This document shows, piece after piece, positions 52,801 through 62,877 of a DNA stretch of 64,000 bases. Source of the DNA: an uncultured Acidimicrobiia bacterium. Lineage in GTDB: Bacteria; Actinomycetota; Acidimicrobiia; Acidimicrobiales; AC-14. The stretch spans positions 32,001 to 96,000 of the forward strand of contig CAWIIV010000020.1 in assembly GCA_963836205.1 (NCBI GenBank), given 5' to 3'. Within the stretch, counting starts at the first letter, position 1. Each line of letters starts with the position of its first letter. A model generated the notes under the pieces. The model searched no databases. It was not told the DNA's origin and saw only the letters and a program-made list of their open reading frames with translations. The position numbers were made by a program, and so were the translations under genes.

Positions 52801-53932
52801 ACGGACGGCCGCCGGCGATGAGGGCGTACGGCGGGCGGACGTCGTGGACCACGGCCAGCTGCGCCTCCCGCACCTCGGGCGGGGTGAAGCCGAGGATCCC
52901 GACGCCCCAGGGGAGGTCGCCCAGCAGGTCCGACGTCTCCGTCAGCAGCCGGCGCACCTCGTCGCCCGTCATCAGGGCCAAGGCCAGGAAGGGCAGCCCG
53001 CCGTTCTCGGCCACGGCCAGGGCGAAGGCGGCCCGGTCGCTCACCCGGGTCATCGGCCCCTGGACCACCCGGTGGCGCAGGCCCCCGCCCGTGGCGGCGG
53101 TGGTCAGGTGGGCGCGAATCGAGTCCTGCACCGCCTGCACCACGCCGCCGGCGGTGACGAAACGGTCGGCCAGGGGGCGGGCGAGGGCGCCGTCCTGGCC
53201 CACGGGCACGAGGTGGGTATGGAGGTCGGAGCCGAGGCGGAGGGTCACGTCGCCGATGCCGTCGACGGCCAGGTCGGGCCGGGTGAACACCCGGTGGCCG
53301 CCGACCACCACCGTCTCGCTCCCGTCCATGGCCGCGATGGCGGCCGCCGTCTCCCGGGGCAGGACCGCCTCCCGAACCAGGGCGAGCTGGGTGTCGAGCA
53401 CGACGCCGACGGCCCCGCCCGCCACCGCCGCCGCTGCGGTGTGCAAGCCGATGCCGCCCGCGGCCCAGACGGGCACGTCCGCCGGAAGGTGGGCCAGCAG
53501 CGTCTGGAGCAGGACGAACGTGGTCAACTCCCCCACCCGTCCGCCCGCCTCCGCCCCCCGGGCGATGATCCCGTCGGCGCCGGCGGCAAGAGCGGCGTCG
53601 GCCTCGTCCCCGGAGCAGACCTCGACCAGGACGAGCCGCTCGGCGGCGTCGGCGGCCGTCCACGGCGAGCCGGAGGCCAGGACGACGGTGTCGACCTCGG
53701 GGGGGAGGTCGGCCGGTGTCACGGGGCAGCCCGGTCCGACCCTCACGCCGAACGACGCCGGCACCCACCGGGCGGCGTCGGCCAGGGCGGCGAGGGCTCG
53801 CCCGCGGTCACGTCCGAGGTCCAAGACGCCCAGTCCCCCGGCCCGCTCCACCGCCGCGACGACGGCGGCGATGGGCTCGCCGAGGGGCGTCACGCCGACG
53901 ACGAGACAGCGACCGAGAGGTTGGGACTGCAT
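46884..53932 (-). CDS. Pfa-like iterative PKS, ER(FabK/PfaD-like)-KS-AT-ACP-KR; about five frameshifts
   Basis: TIM-barrel ER (EAGG, QGPMTRVSD, ECGGHVG); KS DAACAASL, HGTGT, GHTK; AT FPGQGSQ, GHSYG; ACP LSIGSIKR; KR TGGARGIT, YAAAN. Confidence 0.85.
48350..48530. repeat. Three REP-like hairpin units within the PKS ACP-KR linker
   Basis: GAACCGGTGACG...ACCAGTT at about 48350, 48411 and 48480. Confidence 0.85.
50447..50498. repeat. REP-like hairpin unit within the PKS KS-AT linker
   Basis: CAACTGGTGACG...CGTCACCGGTTCG; frame stays open. Confidence 0.8.
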
Positions 53933-54198
53933 CGATCCTCTTCTTCTGCGGGGGTCAGAGGGACGTTCAACCGGCTCGCGTCGGGAGGACGCGTGGGCTT
54001 CTCCTGGCGTCAGGCCCGAATGACGGGAATATCGGCAAGTAGGCCGTTTGGCTTAAGGAGAACTCGTCGACCGGCTACCCCCCCGTCCTCGGAGACCCCG
54101 GGCTGGGGGCCGCCGCTCCCCCAGGCATCGGTCGCGATCGGCGGGTCGGCTCTCGCCGTGCTCGAACGGGTGGGGGAGTTTGGTGCGATCATGTCCTG

Positions 54199-54525
54199 AT
54201 GCGGCGGACTTCAGCGGCGATCGCAGTCGGATTCGTGCTCGCGTTCCTGGGCGGCTGCGGGGGCGGCAGCGACGATCCCCCGCCCACCACCGTCACCACC
54301 GAGCCGGCCCCCACCACCACGCTCGTGCAGGGCGATCCCCAGGGCATCGCCTGCCTCGAGGTGGCCACCGAGGGCCTGAAGCTGCGCAACGACTTCAATC
54401 TCGCGTCACGGGGCGTCATCGCGCCCGACCCGGAGCCCTACCGGCAACGGGCCGTCGCCCTCCGCGCCGAGCACGCCCGCCTCGGCTGCCCCGGCGACCT
54501 CCTCAAGGGATTCCTCGAGAGCTGA
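54199..54525 (+). CDS. Small lipoprotein
   Basis: Lipobox FLGGC, Pro/Thr linker. Confidence 0.75.
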   Translation: MRRTSAAIAVGFVLAFLGGCGGGSDDPPPTTVTTEPAPTTTLVQGDPQGIACLEVATEGLKLRNDFNLASRGVIAPDPEPYRQRAVALRAEHARLGCPGDLLKGFLES

Positions 54526-54582
54526 TCCGCCCCGCGACCGCCCGCGGCGCGGCCGGCCGAGCCGGGGTTGGCTCTGGCGGGC

Positions 54583-55497
54583 TCAGGCCAGGTGTCGGCC
54601 GAACCAGTCGAGGACGGCCTGGTAGGCGGCGGCGGCCTGGGTGGCGTCGTAGCGCGGACCGGTGTCGTTGAAGAAGGCGTGGTTGACCCCGGGGAACGTG
54701 CGCAGCTCGTGGGTGAGGCCCGCCTTCTCCAGGGCGGCGCGCGCCGTCTCCAGGGTGGCGTTCACCCGGGTGTCGAGCTCGCCGTAGACGCCGAGCACGG
54801 CGGCGCTGGTGCCGGAGAAGTCGACGTCGGCCTCGACCGTCCCGTAGAAGGGGGCCGCCGCCGCCACCCGGGGCTCGCCACTGCCCAGGACCGCCCACGT
54901 GGTGGCGCCGCCGAAGCAGAAGCCGATAACGCCCAGCTTCGCTGCCGGCACCCGCTTGGCCAGCTCGTCGAGGGTGGCCTTGACGTCGGCGACGTGGCGG
55001 TCGCCACCGGCGGCGTTGAGGGCGGCCCCGGCGTCGGCCTCCCCCACCTTGGCGCTGCCGCCCTCCTCCGACAGCAGGTCGACGGCGATGGCCGAGTACC
55101 CGCTGGCGGCCAGCCGGGACGCGACCGTCCGGATGTGGGGTGTGAGGCCGCGGTTCTCGTGGATGACGACCACCGCCCCCTTGGCCGTCGTCGCCGCCGC
55201 CCACGCCCCCGTGAGCGGCGTGGCCCGCCCGCTCGGGTAGGTGATGGTCTCGGTCGTGTCGGCCGCGGCGGGGGCGGCGGTGGTCTGGGTCGGGCCCGCG
55301 GTCGACGACGAGGTGGAGTCCGATACGGCCGGGTCGTCGTCGTCACCGCCCCCGCAGGCGGCCAGCAGGGCCGAGGCCCCGAAGGCGGTGAAGCCCATCA
55401 TCCCCAGGCGACGGAGAGCCTCCCGCCTGGTCATCAGGCCGAGAGCACAGTCCTCGGCGACCTCTTCGGCCAGATACCTCTGGTGGTAGGTGTCCAT
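54583..55497 (-). CDS. Dienelactone hydrolase family protein (Tat/lipoprotein signal)
   Basis: TRREAL, HENRGL, GFCFGG, HAFFND. Confidence 0.9.
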   Translation of the reverse strand: MDTYHQRYLAEEVAEDCALGLMTRREALRRLGMMGFTAFGASALLAACGGGDDDDPAVSDSTSSSTAGPTQTTAAPAAADTTETITYPSGRATPLTGAWAAATTAKGAVVVIHENRGLTPHIRTVASRLAASGYSAIAVDLLSEEGGSAKVGEADAGAALNAAGGDRHVADVKATLDELAKRVPAAKLGVIGFCFGGATTWAVLGSGEPRVAAAAPFYGTVEADVDFSGTSAAVLGVYGELDTRVNATLETARAALEKAGLTHELRTFPGVNHAFFNDTGPRYDATQAAAAYQAVLDWFGRHLA

Positions 55498-55600
55498 GAG
55501 GGAATGTTACGAATCTGAACGCAAACGGGATGGCTTTTGACTTGGAGTGGCGGGGCGACCACCCTGTGTGAGATCCGTCGCCGGTGGGGACCATACAGGC

Positions 55601-55879
55601 ATGAACGCTGACGCATCCAACCTGCTGTGGTTCATCCTGACCGCACTGTTCATCGGCCTCGTCGTGGGGGCGATCGCCCGGCTCCTGGTCCCCGGCCCGA
55701 CCCCCATGGGGCTGCTGGGGACGGCTGCCGCCGGCATCGTCGGAGCCATCGGTGCCGGCCTCGTCGGACGGCTCATCTGGGGGCCTCTCTACACCCCCGG
55801 CTGGATCGCCTCGATCCTCGGCGCGGTCGTGGTGGTCGCCCTGGTCAGCCGCCGGCGCCGGTACTACTACGACTACTGA
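55601..55879 (+). CDS. GlsB/YeaQ/YmgE-family membrane protein
   Basis: IGLVVGAIARLLVPG..GIVGA..SILGAV. Confidence 0.88.
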   Translation: MNADASNLLWFILTALFIGLVVGAIARLLVPGPTPMGLLGTAAAGIVGAIGAGLVGRLIWGPLYTPGWIASILGAVVVVALVSRRRRYYYDY

Positions 55880-55888
55880 CGGGGACTA

Positions 55889-56071
55889 TTAGGCCCCGTC
55901 CGGCTGGCGGATGATGAGGGCGGACGTGCCGCCGAAGTCGATGCTGGCCGTCGCCCGGGTGACCTCGTCGAGGGACGACTTGCCCCCGCCGCGGTCGCTC
56001 TCCATCAGGACGAGCGCCTCGTCGTCGAGGCCGGTCGACTTCAGTAGCTGCTTCAGCTGTCCGACGTTCAT
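55889..56071 (-). CDS. Small hypothetical protein (60 aa)
   Basis: MNVGQLKQLL..., plausible codon usage, fills the intergenic gap. Confidence 0.5.
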   Translation of the reverse strand: MNVGQLKQLLKSTGLDDEALVLMESDRGGGKSSLDEVTRATASIDFGGTSALIIRQPDGA

Positions 56072-56108
56072 GCCCGGAACCTAGCGCCGCCGACCCGACG
56101 CCCGCCCG

Positions 56109-58465
56109 TCAGCCAGCGGGCAGGCGATCCCAGTGGCGGTGCCAGCCCATCGCCTCCACCAGGCGGCCGGCGAAGTCGGCGTCGGCGGTGTCGCCCACGA
56201 CGACGCCCGGCGCGTCGGTGGCAACCCCGCTCGCTTCGAGCACGGCACGCCCGTCGCCCCAGGCGGCGATCACCTTGTGGTGGCGGAACGCCTCGCCCAG
56301 GTTGAGGGCGGTCCTGGGGTCGGTGCCGACCGCGTCGGCCGAGCCTGCGGCCACCACCAGGGCGTCGTACTCCACCGACTGGGTGGTCATCACGGTGCGG
56401 TCGACCGGCACCGGCCCGTCCGCACCCGCCACCGCTCCGCCCTCTCGGGGCGATGACGTAGAGGGCGGCACCCTCGGCGACCAAGGCGTCACGCAGCGCG
56501 TCCACCCCGCCGTCCGTCGACGCCGTCGGCGGCGAGCACGCCCACCACCCGGCCCAGGATCGGCCCCGGCTCGGCCGGCACCTGGGAGAGGGCAGGGGAC
56601 GAGCCGGCGTCGGCGGCCGGTGCGCCCGAGGGCACGTCGAGGCCGAGGTTGGCGGCCACCCGTTCGCACAGCTCGGCGGCAACGTTGGCCAGGTTGCCCA
56701 CCATCCGCTCCCGGACCTCGGGGTGGACGCACTTGCCCAGCTCGAAGGAGAAGGCGCCCACGATGTGGTCGCGCTCGGGCGGGGTCATGCTGTTCCAGAA
56801 CATCGTGGCCTGGGTGAAGTGGTCGTCGAACGACTGCGCCCGCTCTCGGACCACGGTGCCTTCCACCGGCCGGGGGACGTGCACCATCCCCGCCGCGCCG
56901 GCGTGGAACGGGCACCCGCCACCGAGCGAGTTGGGGAAGTACGGGGCCACGCCCTCGTGGATGGCGTGCTGGCCGAAGCCGTCGCGCTGGTTCGAGTTCA
57001 CCGGCGAGCGGGGCCGGTTGATCGGGAGCTGGTCGAAGTTGGGACCGCCCAGCCGGGTCAGCTGGGTGTCGAGGTAGGAGAAGTTGCGGGCCTGGAGCAG
57101 GGGGTCGTCGGTGAAGTCGATGCCCCTCGGGACATGGGCGGTGCAGAAGGCGATCTGCTCGGTCTCGGCGAAGAAGTTGGTCGGGTTGCGGTCGAGGGTG
57201 AGGCGTCCGATGATCCGCACCGGGGCCAGCTCCTCGGGGACGAGCTTGGTCGGGTCGAGGAGGTCGATGCCCTCGAAGCTCTGGTCGTCGTTGTCGGGGA
57301 ACAGCTGCACCCCGAAGTCGTACTCCGGGCCCGCCCCGCTCTCGATGGCGTCCCACAGGTCGCGGCGGTGGAAGTCGGGATCGATGCCGCCCAGCTTCTG
57401 GGACTCCTCCCACACGAGCGAGTGGATGCCGGCCACCGGCTTCCAGTGGAACTTCACCAGGGTGGTGGCCCCGTCCTCGGCGACAAGCCGGAAGGTGTGG
57501 ACACCGAAGCCCTCCATCGTCCGGTACGACCGGGGTATGGCACGGTCGGACATGACCCACATGAGCATGTGGGTGGACTCCGGCTGGAGGGACACGAAGT
57601 CCCAGAAGGTGTCGTGGGCGCTCTGGGCCTGGGGGATCTCCCGGTCGGGCTCGGGCTTCACCGCGTGGATGATGTCGGGGAACTTGATCCCGTCCTGGAT
57701 GAAGAAGACGGGGATGTTGTTGCCCACCAGGTCCCAGTTCCCCTCGGGTGTGTAGAACTTGGTGGCGAATCCCCGCACGTCACGAGCGGTGTCGGCCGAC
57801 CCCCTCGAACCGGCGACGGTCGAGAACCTGACGAAGACGGGAGTCTCGACGCGGGTGTCGGTGAGGACCCGGGCCGAGGTGAACCCGGCCAGGGATTCGG
57901 TCAGCCGGAAGGTGCCGTGGGCGCCGGTGCCGCGGGCGTGCACCACCCGCTCGGGGATGCGCTCGTGGTCGAAGTGCATGATCTTCTCCCGCAGGTGGTG
58001 GTCCTGCAGGAGGGCGGGGCCGCGGGGGCCGACCCGGAGGGTGTTGTCGGTGTTGTCGACGACGGTGCCGGTGCTGGTCGTGAGGACATCGCCTCGCTGG
58101 GCCCACGTCGGGGTGAGGGCCTCGTCGCGGGCGGGGTTTCCGACCTTGTGGGCGACGCCCACGTCGGCCTTCGAACGCGGCTTCTCGGGGCTGGGCGCCT
58201 TGGCCACGGCCTTCGGGGACGTCGGCGCCTTGGCCGGCGCATTGGTGGCCCGTTTCGCGGCTGCCGCCTTGGAGACGCGCTCCGTCGTTGGCGCGATCTT
58301 CTCGGCCGGCGTGCTCGTCGCCCGAGAGCGCGAGGTCGACGCGGCGGCGGACTTCGCGGCCGCAGCCGAAGTCGCCTTGGAGACCTTCTCGGTGGTCTTG
58401 GCCACCTTCTCGGCGGCCTTCTTGGTCGTCTTGGCCACCTTGCCCGCGGCCTTCTTCGTCGCCAT
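56109..58465 (-). CDS. katE: Large-subunit catalase HPII with Lys/Ala-rich N-terminal extension; frameshifts near 56450-56510
   Basis: [37 protein letters not shown]; C-terminal DJ-1-like domain. Confidence 0.92.
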
Positions 58466-58546
58466 GTTGCCTTCCTTCGATCGCCTCGAACCGGACCGGG
58501 CGGGGTCCTACCCCGTCCCCCGTTTGCGGAACCGGGGGACGGCGAA

Positions 58547-59062
58547 TCAGGCGTCGTCGAGGTGGCGGCGCATGCACACCCGGGTCGACGGGTCGAGGCC
58601 ATGGTCGGCCTCCCGTTGCCGGACGGCCCGCAGCCCGGGACCGATCTCCTCGTCGGCCATCACCCGGAAGCCGAGGCGCTCGAACCGGGGCCGGTTCCAG
58701 GGCACGTCGGCGAAGGTGGTGAGCGTGAGGGCGACGCGGCCCGTGGTGGTGGCCCAGGCCGCGACCTGATCGAGCAGCGCTCGCCCCACACCCGTCCCCT
58801 GGTGGTCGGGACGAACGGTGACCTGTTCGACGTGGGCGCAGCCGTCGACCGGGTCGACGAGGACGTAGCCGATCGGCGCCCCGACCGGATCGGTGGCCAC
58901 CCAGGCCCGGCCGGCGCCGACGTAGGCGGCAAGGACGTCGAGCGGGAAGGGCTCGTCGTCGGCAACGTGGTCGAGCCCGACCTCACGGAAGCGTTCGCCG
59001 GCGCTCCGTTCGATGTCCTGAAGGGCGTCGCCGTCGGCGGCCGTCGCCGGCCGGATCGTCAC
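58547..59062 (-). CDS. GNAT acetyltransferase
   Basis: VEQVTVRPDHQGTGVG, LTTFADVPWN. Confidence 0.88.
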   Translation of the reverse strand: MTIRPATAADGDALQDIERSAGERFREVGLDHVADDEPFPLDVLAAYVGAGRAWVATDPVGAPIGYVLVDPVDGCAHVEQVTVRPDHQGTGVGRALLDQVAAWATTTGRVALTLTTFADVPWNRPRFERLGFRVMADEEIGPGLRAVRQREADHGLDPSTRVCMRRHLDDA

Positions 59063-59481
59063 CCGCTCTCGCACCGCTCCTTCAGGCCTTTCGCCTCCAT
59101 GGCCACGTACCGCCGGGTAAGGGCGGCCGAGACCGCCGAGACGACGCCGGCCAGCGGCCCCGACCGCCGGATCCCGAGGTGGACCTCGACCGTCGAGGGC
59201 CCGAGGGCCGCGAGCCGATGCTCGGCCACCGTCGTCACGCCGGGCGCGGTGGCCGTCCACGTGAACGATCGTCCCGGTTCGAGCTCGGACACCTCCCACG
59301 TCACGGCCGGCACCCGCGGCTGCTTGATTCGCACCTTGCTGCCCACCGCCAGCGGACCCTTGTCCTCCGACACGACCTTTTGCATGGAAGCGGTCCACTC
59401 CGGCCACCGCTCCACATCGGTCAGCACCGCCCACACCCTCTCGGGGGCGGCGTCGATCATGATCGACGTCTCGTAAGCCAT
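59059..59481 (-). CDS. SRPBCC family protein
   Basis: IDAAPERVWAVLTDVERWPEW, EAKGLK. Confidence 0.88.
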   Translation of the reverse strand: MAYETSIMIDAAPERVWAVLTDVERWPEWTASMQKVVSEDKGPLAVGSKVRIKQPRVPAVTWEVSELEPGRSFTWTATAPGVTTVAEHRLAALGPSTVEVHLGIRRSGPLAGVVSAVSAALTRRYVAMEAKGLKERCESG

Positions 59482-59647
59482 CCCCCCAGTATGGGCACCG
59501 GCTGGGCCGACTGCGACGGAAACCGAGGCGCGGACCCACGCCCGCCGGGCTCGGCGACGACCCTTCGAGTCGGGGTGTCCGCCAACACCGCGGGTGGTGA
59601 TCCGCGGCCGACCCCACGAACGTCGAGCGCTCCGTGCATCCTCGTCA

Positions 59648-60813
59648 TCACGGCGGCGGCGGTGGCGGCGGCGGCGGTGGTCGTGACTGGTGCCGGAGGC
59701 GGTTGTGGAAGGCGCAGGCGAGGCGGCCGTTGTCGTCGACGGTGAGCCCGCCCATGGCCCAGGGCTGGACGTGGTCGACCTGGCATTCGTCGGTGGGGGC
59801 CTCGCAGGTCTCGTGGAAGCACTCCCGGTCCCGGACCTGCACCGCCCGGCGGGTGGCCCCGGCGAAGATGCGCCGGCGCACGCCCACGTTGGTGACCCGG
59901 TCCGCTCCCTCGAAGACGACCCGCTCCACCCACGCCTGGTCGAGCCAGGAAACGAGCGACCCCGGCGTGACCACGGTGCCGTCGGCCAGCTCGCAGATGC
60001 GTCCGGCGAAGGTCTCGTAGCCGACCAGGACGCTGAACAGCGGCTCGGGCATGCGTGCTCCCGCCGGCATGGCCAGGGCCCGCCGAGCCAGCTCGACGAG
60101 GGCGTCGGCCCGGCGCTGGGCCGGCCGGCGGCCCAGGTCGGCTGCGCACACCGCATCTCCCACCCGGTCCTTGGCCTCGGCCCAGTCGGCGGCGAAGAGT
60201 TCCTCCTCCACCGCCTTGAGGGCATCGGCCACGATCGATCCCGAGATGGGGTCGAGCAGCCCGTCGAGGACCCACGTCCCCTCGAAGCCGGCCGACAGGT
60301 GCAGGCGCCGGGCATCACGTTGGGCGGCGGCCTTGTCCTCGGCCCCGTCGGGATCGGCGTGCTGGGCCCAGTAGGCCAGGGCCCGGCTGAAGTGGCGGTG
60401 ACTGAGCTCCTTGGCCTGGGAGACCAACATCTCCTCGTCCCGGGCAAAACAGTCGGCTGTGGCCTCGGTGCGAGCCGCCGCCAACGCCGAGACCTGGGCC
60501 TGGCCGACGTCGCCCGCCAGCCATGCCTGCTCAACCAGCGCCATGTGTCGTAGCCCACGACCGAGATGCACCCGCTCCGGGCGGTGCCCACCGGCAGGGC
60601 GCAGCGGGCCGCCATCCACGTGGCCGCCGAACGGGCACCGTCGTCGGCCCACGAACCTGCCGAGTCGAAGGCGGCCGAGGCCCGGGTGAGCACCGCCGTC
60701 AGCCGTTGCCGCTGGCGGTCGAGGGCCACGATGCTCTCGCCGTCGGCCAGCGTCGAGGGATCGGCCGCGCACAGCGCGTCGACCGCCGCCACCAGCCCAG
60801 TCACCACGTCCAT
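59648..60813 (-). CDS. Second DUF222-HNH endonuclease, frameshift near 60580
   Basis: WADDGARS, QRRADAL, RDRECFHETC..DHVQPW..ACAFHN. Confidence 0.85.
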
Positions 60814-60866
60814 CGCCGGACTCCCCGGTCGAGCACCTGACCAAGGGGGAAGTACCCCCACTCTAC

Positions 60867-60882
60867 ACGAACATGTGTTCGT
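60867..60882. promoter_or_regulatory. LexA/SOS box between divergent DUF222-HNH and radical SAM genes
   Basis: ACGAAC-ATGT-GTTCGT carries the perfect CGAAC-N4-GTTCG core. Confidence 0.85.
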
Positions 60883-60915
60883 AGAGCAAGTCATTCTTGT
60901 GTAAAATGCAAACCC

Positions 60916-61941
60916 ATGGTCCGCTGGCGACTGGAGAGCGAAGACGACGGGCAGGCCGCGCTCTTCGAGGAGGAGGTGGAGCGCCACGTCGGCAGGGGCG
61001 AGTTCCGGGGCCTCGAGTTCCTCCACGTCAACGCCCGCCGGATCATCAACGAGGTGCCGGCCGCGTCCCACCTGCCCTTCCGGTTCACCATCAACGCTTA
61101 CCGAGGCTGCTCGCACGCCTGCGTCTACTGCTTCGCCCGGCCCACCCACGGGTACCTCGACCTGGGGATCGGCGAGGACTTCGAGCGCAAGATCGTGGTC
61201 AAGGTCAACGCCGTCGAGCGGCTGCGGGCCGAGTTGGCGCCGGGGCGGTGGGCGGGCGACCACATCGCCATGGGCACCAACACCGACCCTTACCAGCGGT
61301 GCGAGGGCAAGTACCACCTCACCCGGGGGATCGTCGAGGTACTGGCCGAGGCGGGCAACCCGTTCTCCATCCTCACCAAGTCCACGCTCATCCTGCGAGA
61401 CCTCGAGCTGCTGGCCGAGGCGGCCACGCGCACCGACGTCCGGGCCAACTTCTCCATCGGCACCCTCGACGAGGAGGTGTGGAAGCTCACCGAGCCGGGC
61501 ACGCCCCATCCCCTGCGGCGGATCGAGGCGGTGGCCAAGCTGAACGCGGCCGGGGTGCCGTGCGGGGTGCTGGTGGCGCCGGTGCTGCCCGGCCTGTCCG
61601 ACTCCCCCGAGCAGTTGGAGGCGGTGGTCAAGGCGTGCGTCGAGGCCGGCGCCCGGCCCATCGCCTCGATCCTGCTCCACCTGCGGCCGGGCGTCCGGGA
61701 GCACTACCTGGGCTGGCTGGCAGGCGCCCGCCCCGATCTCGTCCCTGCCTACGACGAGCTCTACCCGCGCTCGTATGCGCCGAAGTCGGCCCAAGACCGG
61801 GTGGCCCGGATGGTGTCGGAACTGGTCGAGCGCCACGGCGGCCGCCCCGCCCGGCCGAGCGGCACCCGCTCGCCGTCGTCCAAGCCCCGGGTTCGGGCGC
61901 CCCGCCCTGCGCCCGAGAAGCAGATGGAGCTGCGGCTGTAG
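60916..61941 (+). CDS. Rv2578c-family (SplB-like) radical SAM DNA repair protein
   Basis: INAYRGCSHACVYCFAR, GTNTDPYQ, LTKS. Confidence 0.9.
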   Translation: MVRWRLESEDDGQAALFEEEVERHVGRGEFRGLEFLHVNARRIINEVPAASHLPFRFTINAYRGCSHACVYCFARPTHGYLDLGIGEDFERKIVVKVNAVERLRAELAPGRWAGDHIAMGTNTDPYQRCEGKYHLTRGIVEVLAEAGNPFSILTKSTLILRDLELLAEAATRTDVRANFSIGTLDEEVWKLTEPGTPHPLRRIEAVAKLNAAGVPCGVLVAPVLPGLSDSPEQLEAVVKACVEAGARPIASILLHLRPGVREHYLGWLAGARPDLVPAYDELYPRSYAPKSAQDRVARMVSELVERHGGRPARPSGTRSPSSKPRVRAPRPAPEKQMELRL

Positions 61942-61950
61942 CCCTCGACC

Positions 61951-62586
61951 TCAGTCCGGCGGGGCGCTGGTCTGGTCGTCCTCCTGCTCGGACTGGGCGT
62001 CGCTGCTCTTCACGAAGGTGTGCTCGGAATCCCCCAACGCCTCCTCGGCCGCGGCCCGCGCCTTTTTGATGTGCTGGTCAAGCTCCTCCAACAGGCGGGG
62101 ATCGGGTCCGGAACCGGCCTTGGAGTCGTCGTCGGCCTCCGTGACTGGGTCGTCGGCCGCCTGAGCGGACTCGGCTGTGTCGGCGTCGGACGTGTCGGTG
62201 TCCGTCGGGTCGGTGCCCGTCGGGTCGGAGTCGTCGGAGTCGGAGTCGGAGTCCGAGTCGGAGTCGGAGTCGGAGTCGGTGGCGGCGTCCGCGTCGGCGT
62301 CCGTCGTGTCGGTGTCGGCGTCCTCACCGTCGGTGTCGTCGGAGTCGACCGAGTCGGTGGGGTCATCAGCGTCGGTGTCGCCGGAGTCCGAGTCGTCGGA
62401 GTCGACCGAGTCGTTGGCGTCGTCGGAGTCGGTGTCGGTCGTGTCGGAGGGGACGTCCGAGTCGCCGTCGGTCTCAGCCGGGCCCGGGTCCTCGTCGGCG
62501 GCCTCGGAGGTGTCGGTGGCGGCCTCGGCGGTGTCGGGTGACTCGTCGTTCTCAGTCGCCCCGGACTTCTCGGTCGTGTCGGTCAT
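61951..62586 (-). CDS. Highly acidic Asp/Ser/Thr low-complexity protein
   Basis: Open frame with (DS)n run and short C-terminal helix LLEELDQHIKKAR. Confidence 0.65.
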   Translation of the reverse strand: MTDTTEKSGATENDESPDTAEAATDTSEAADEDPGPAETDGDSDVPSDTTDTDSDDANDSVDSDDSDSGDTDADDPTDSVDSDDTDGEDADTDTTDADADAATDSDSDSDSDSDSDSDDSDPTGTDPTDTDTSDADTAESAQAADDPVTEADDDSKAGSGPDPRLLEELDQHIKKARAAAEEALGDSEHTFVKSSDAQSEQEDDQTSAPPD

Positions 62587-62664
62587 GGGCCGTCACTACC
62601 CAACCGGCCCGGAGCCATCCCGGCCGCCGTCGCGCCGGGCCCGGGATGGCGAAGCGACGGGTGG

Positions 62665-62877
62665 TTATCCCCCGAGGGGCAGGTCGTCGTCCCGACCGCC
62701 GTTCGTGTGCCGGGTCCGGGTGGATGCCAATCCCACCAGGCCGACCACGATGAGGAGCGCCGGCCACACCCAGCGGGCGGCGTCGCCCGCACCCTGGTCG
62801 AGCAGGCCGAGGAGGGCCACGCCGGCGAAGAAGACGCCCGCCATCAGCGAGAGAACGTCGAGGTCATGCCGCGGCAC
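62665..62877 (-). CDS. Small two-TM protein associated with the PspC-like gene
   Basis: HDLDVLSLMAGVFF..WPALLIVVG. Confidence 0.75.
   Translation of the reverse strand: MPRHDLDVLSLMAGVFFAGVALLGLLDQGAGDAARWVWPALLIVVGLVGLASTRTRHTNGGRDDDLPLGG

Noticed and set aside
10726-60813. Widespread pseudogenisation or programmed frameshifting (tldE, PKS, katE, hydrolase, DUF222)
   Set aside because: Isolated single-base indels without in-frame stops across unrelated genes fit sequencing error; read polishing would decide.
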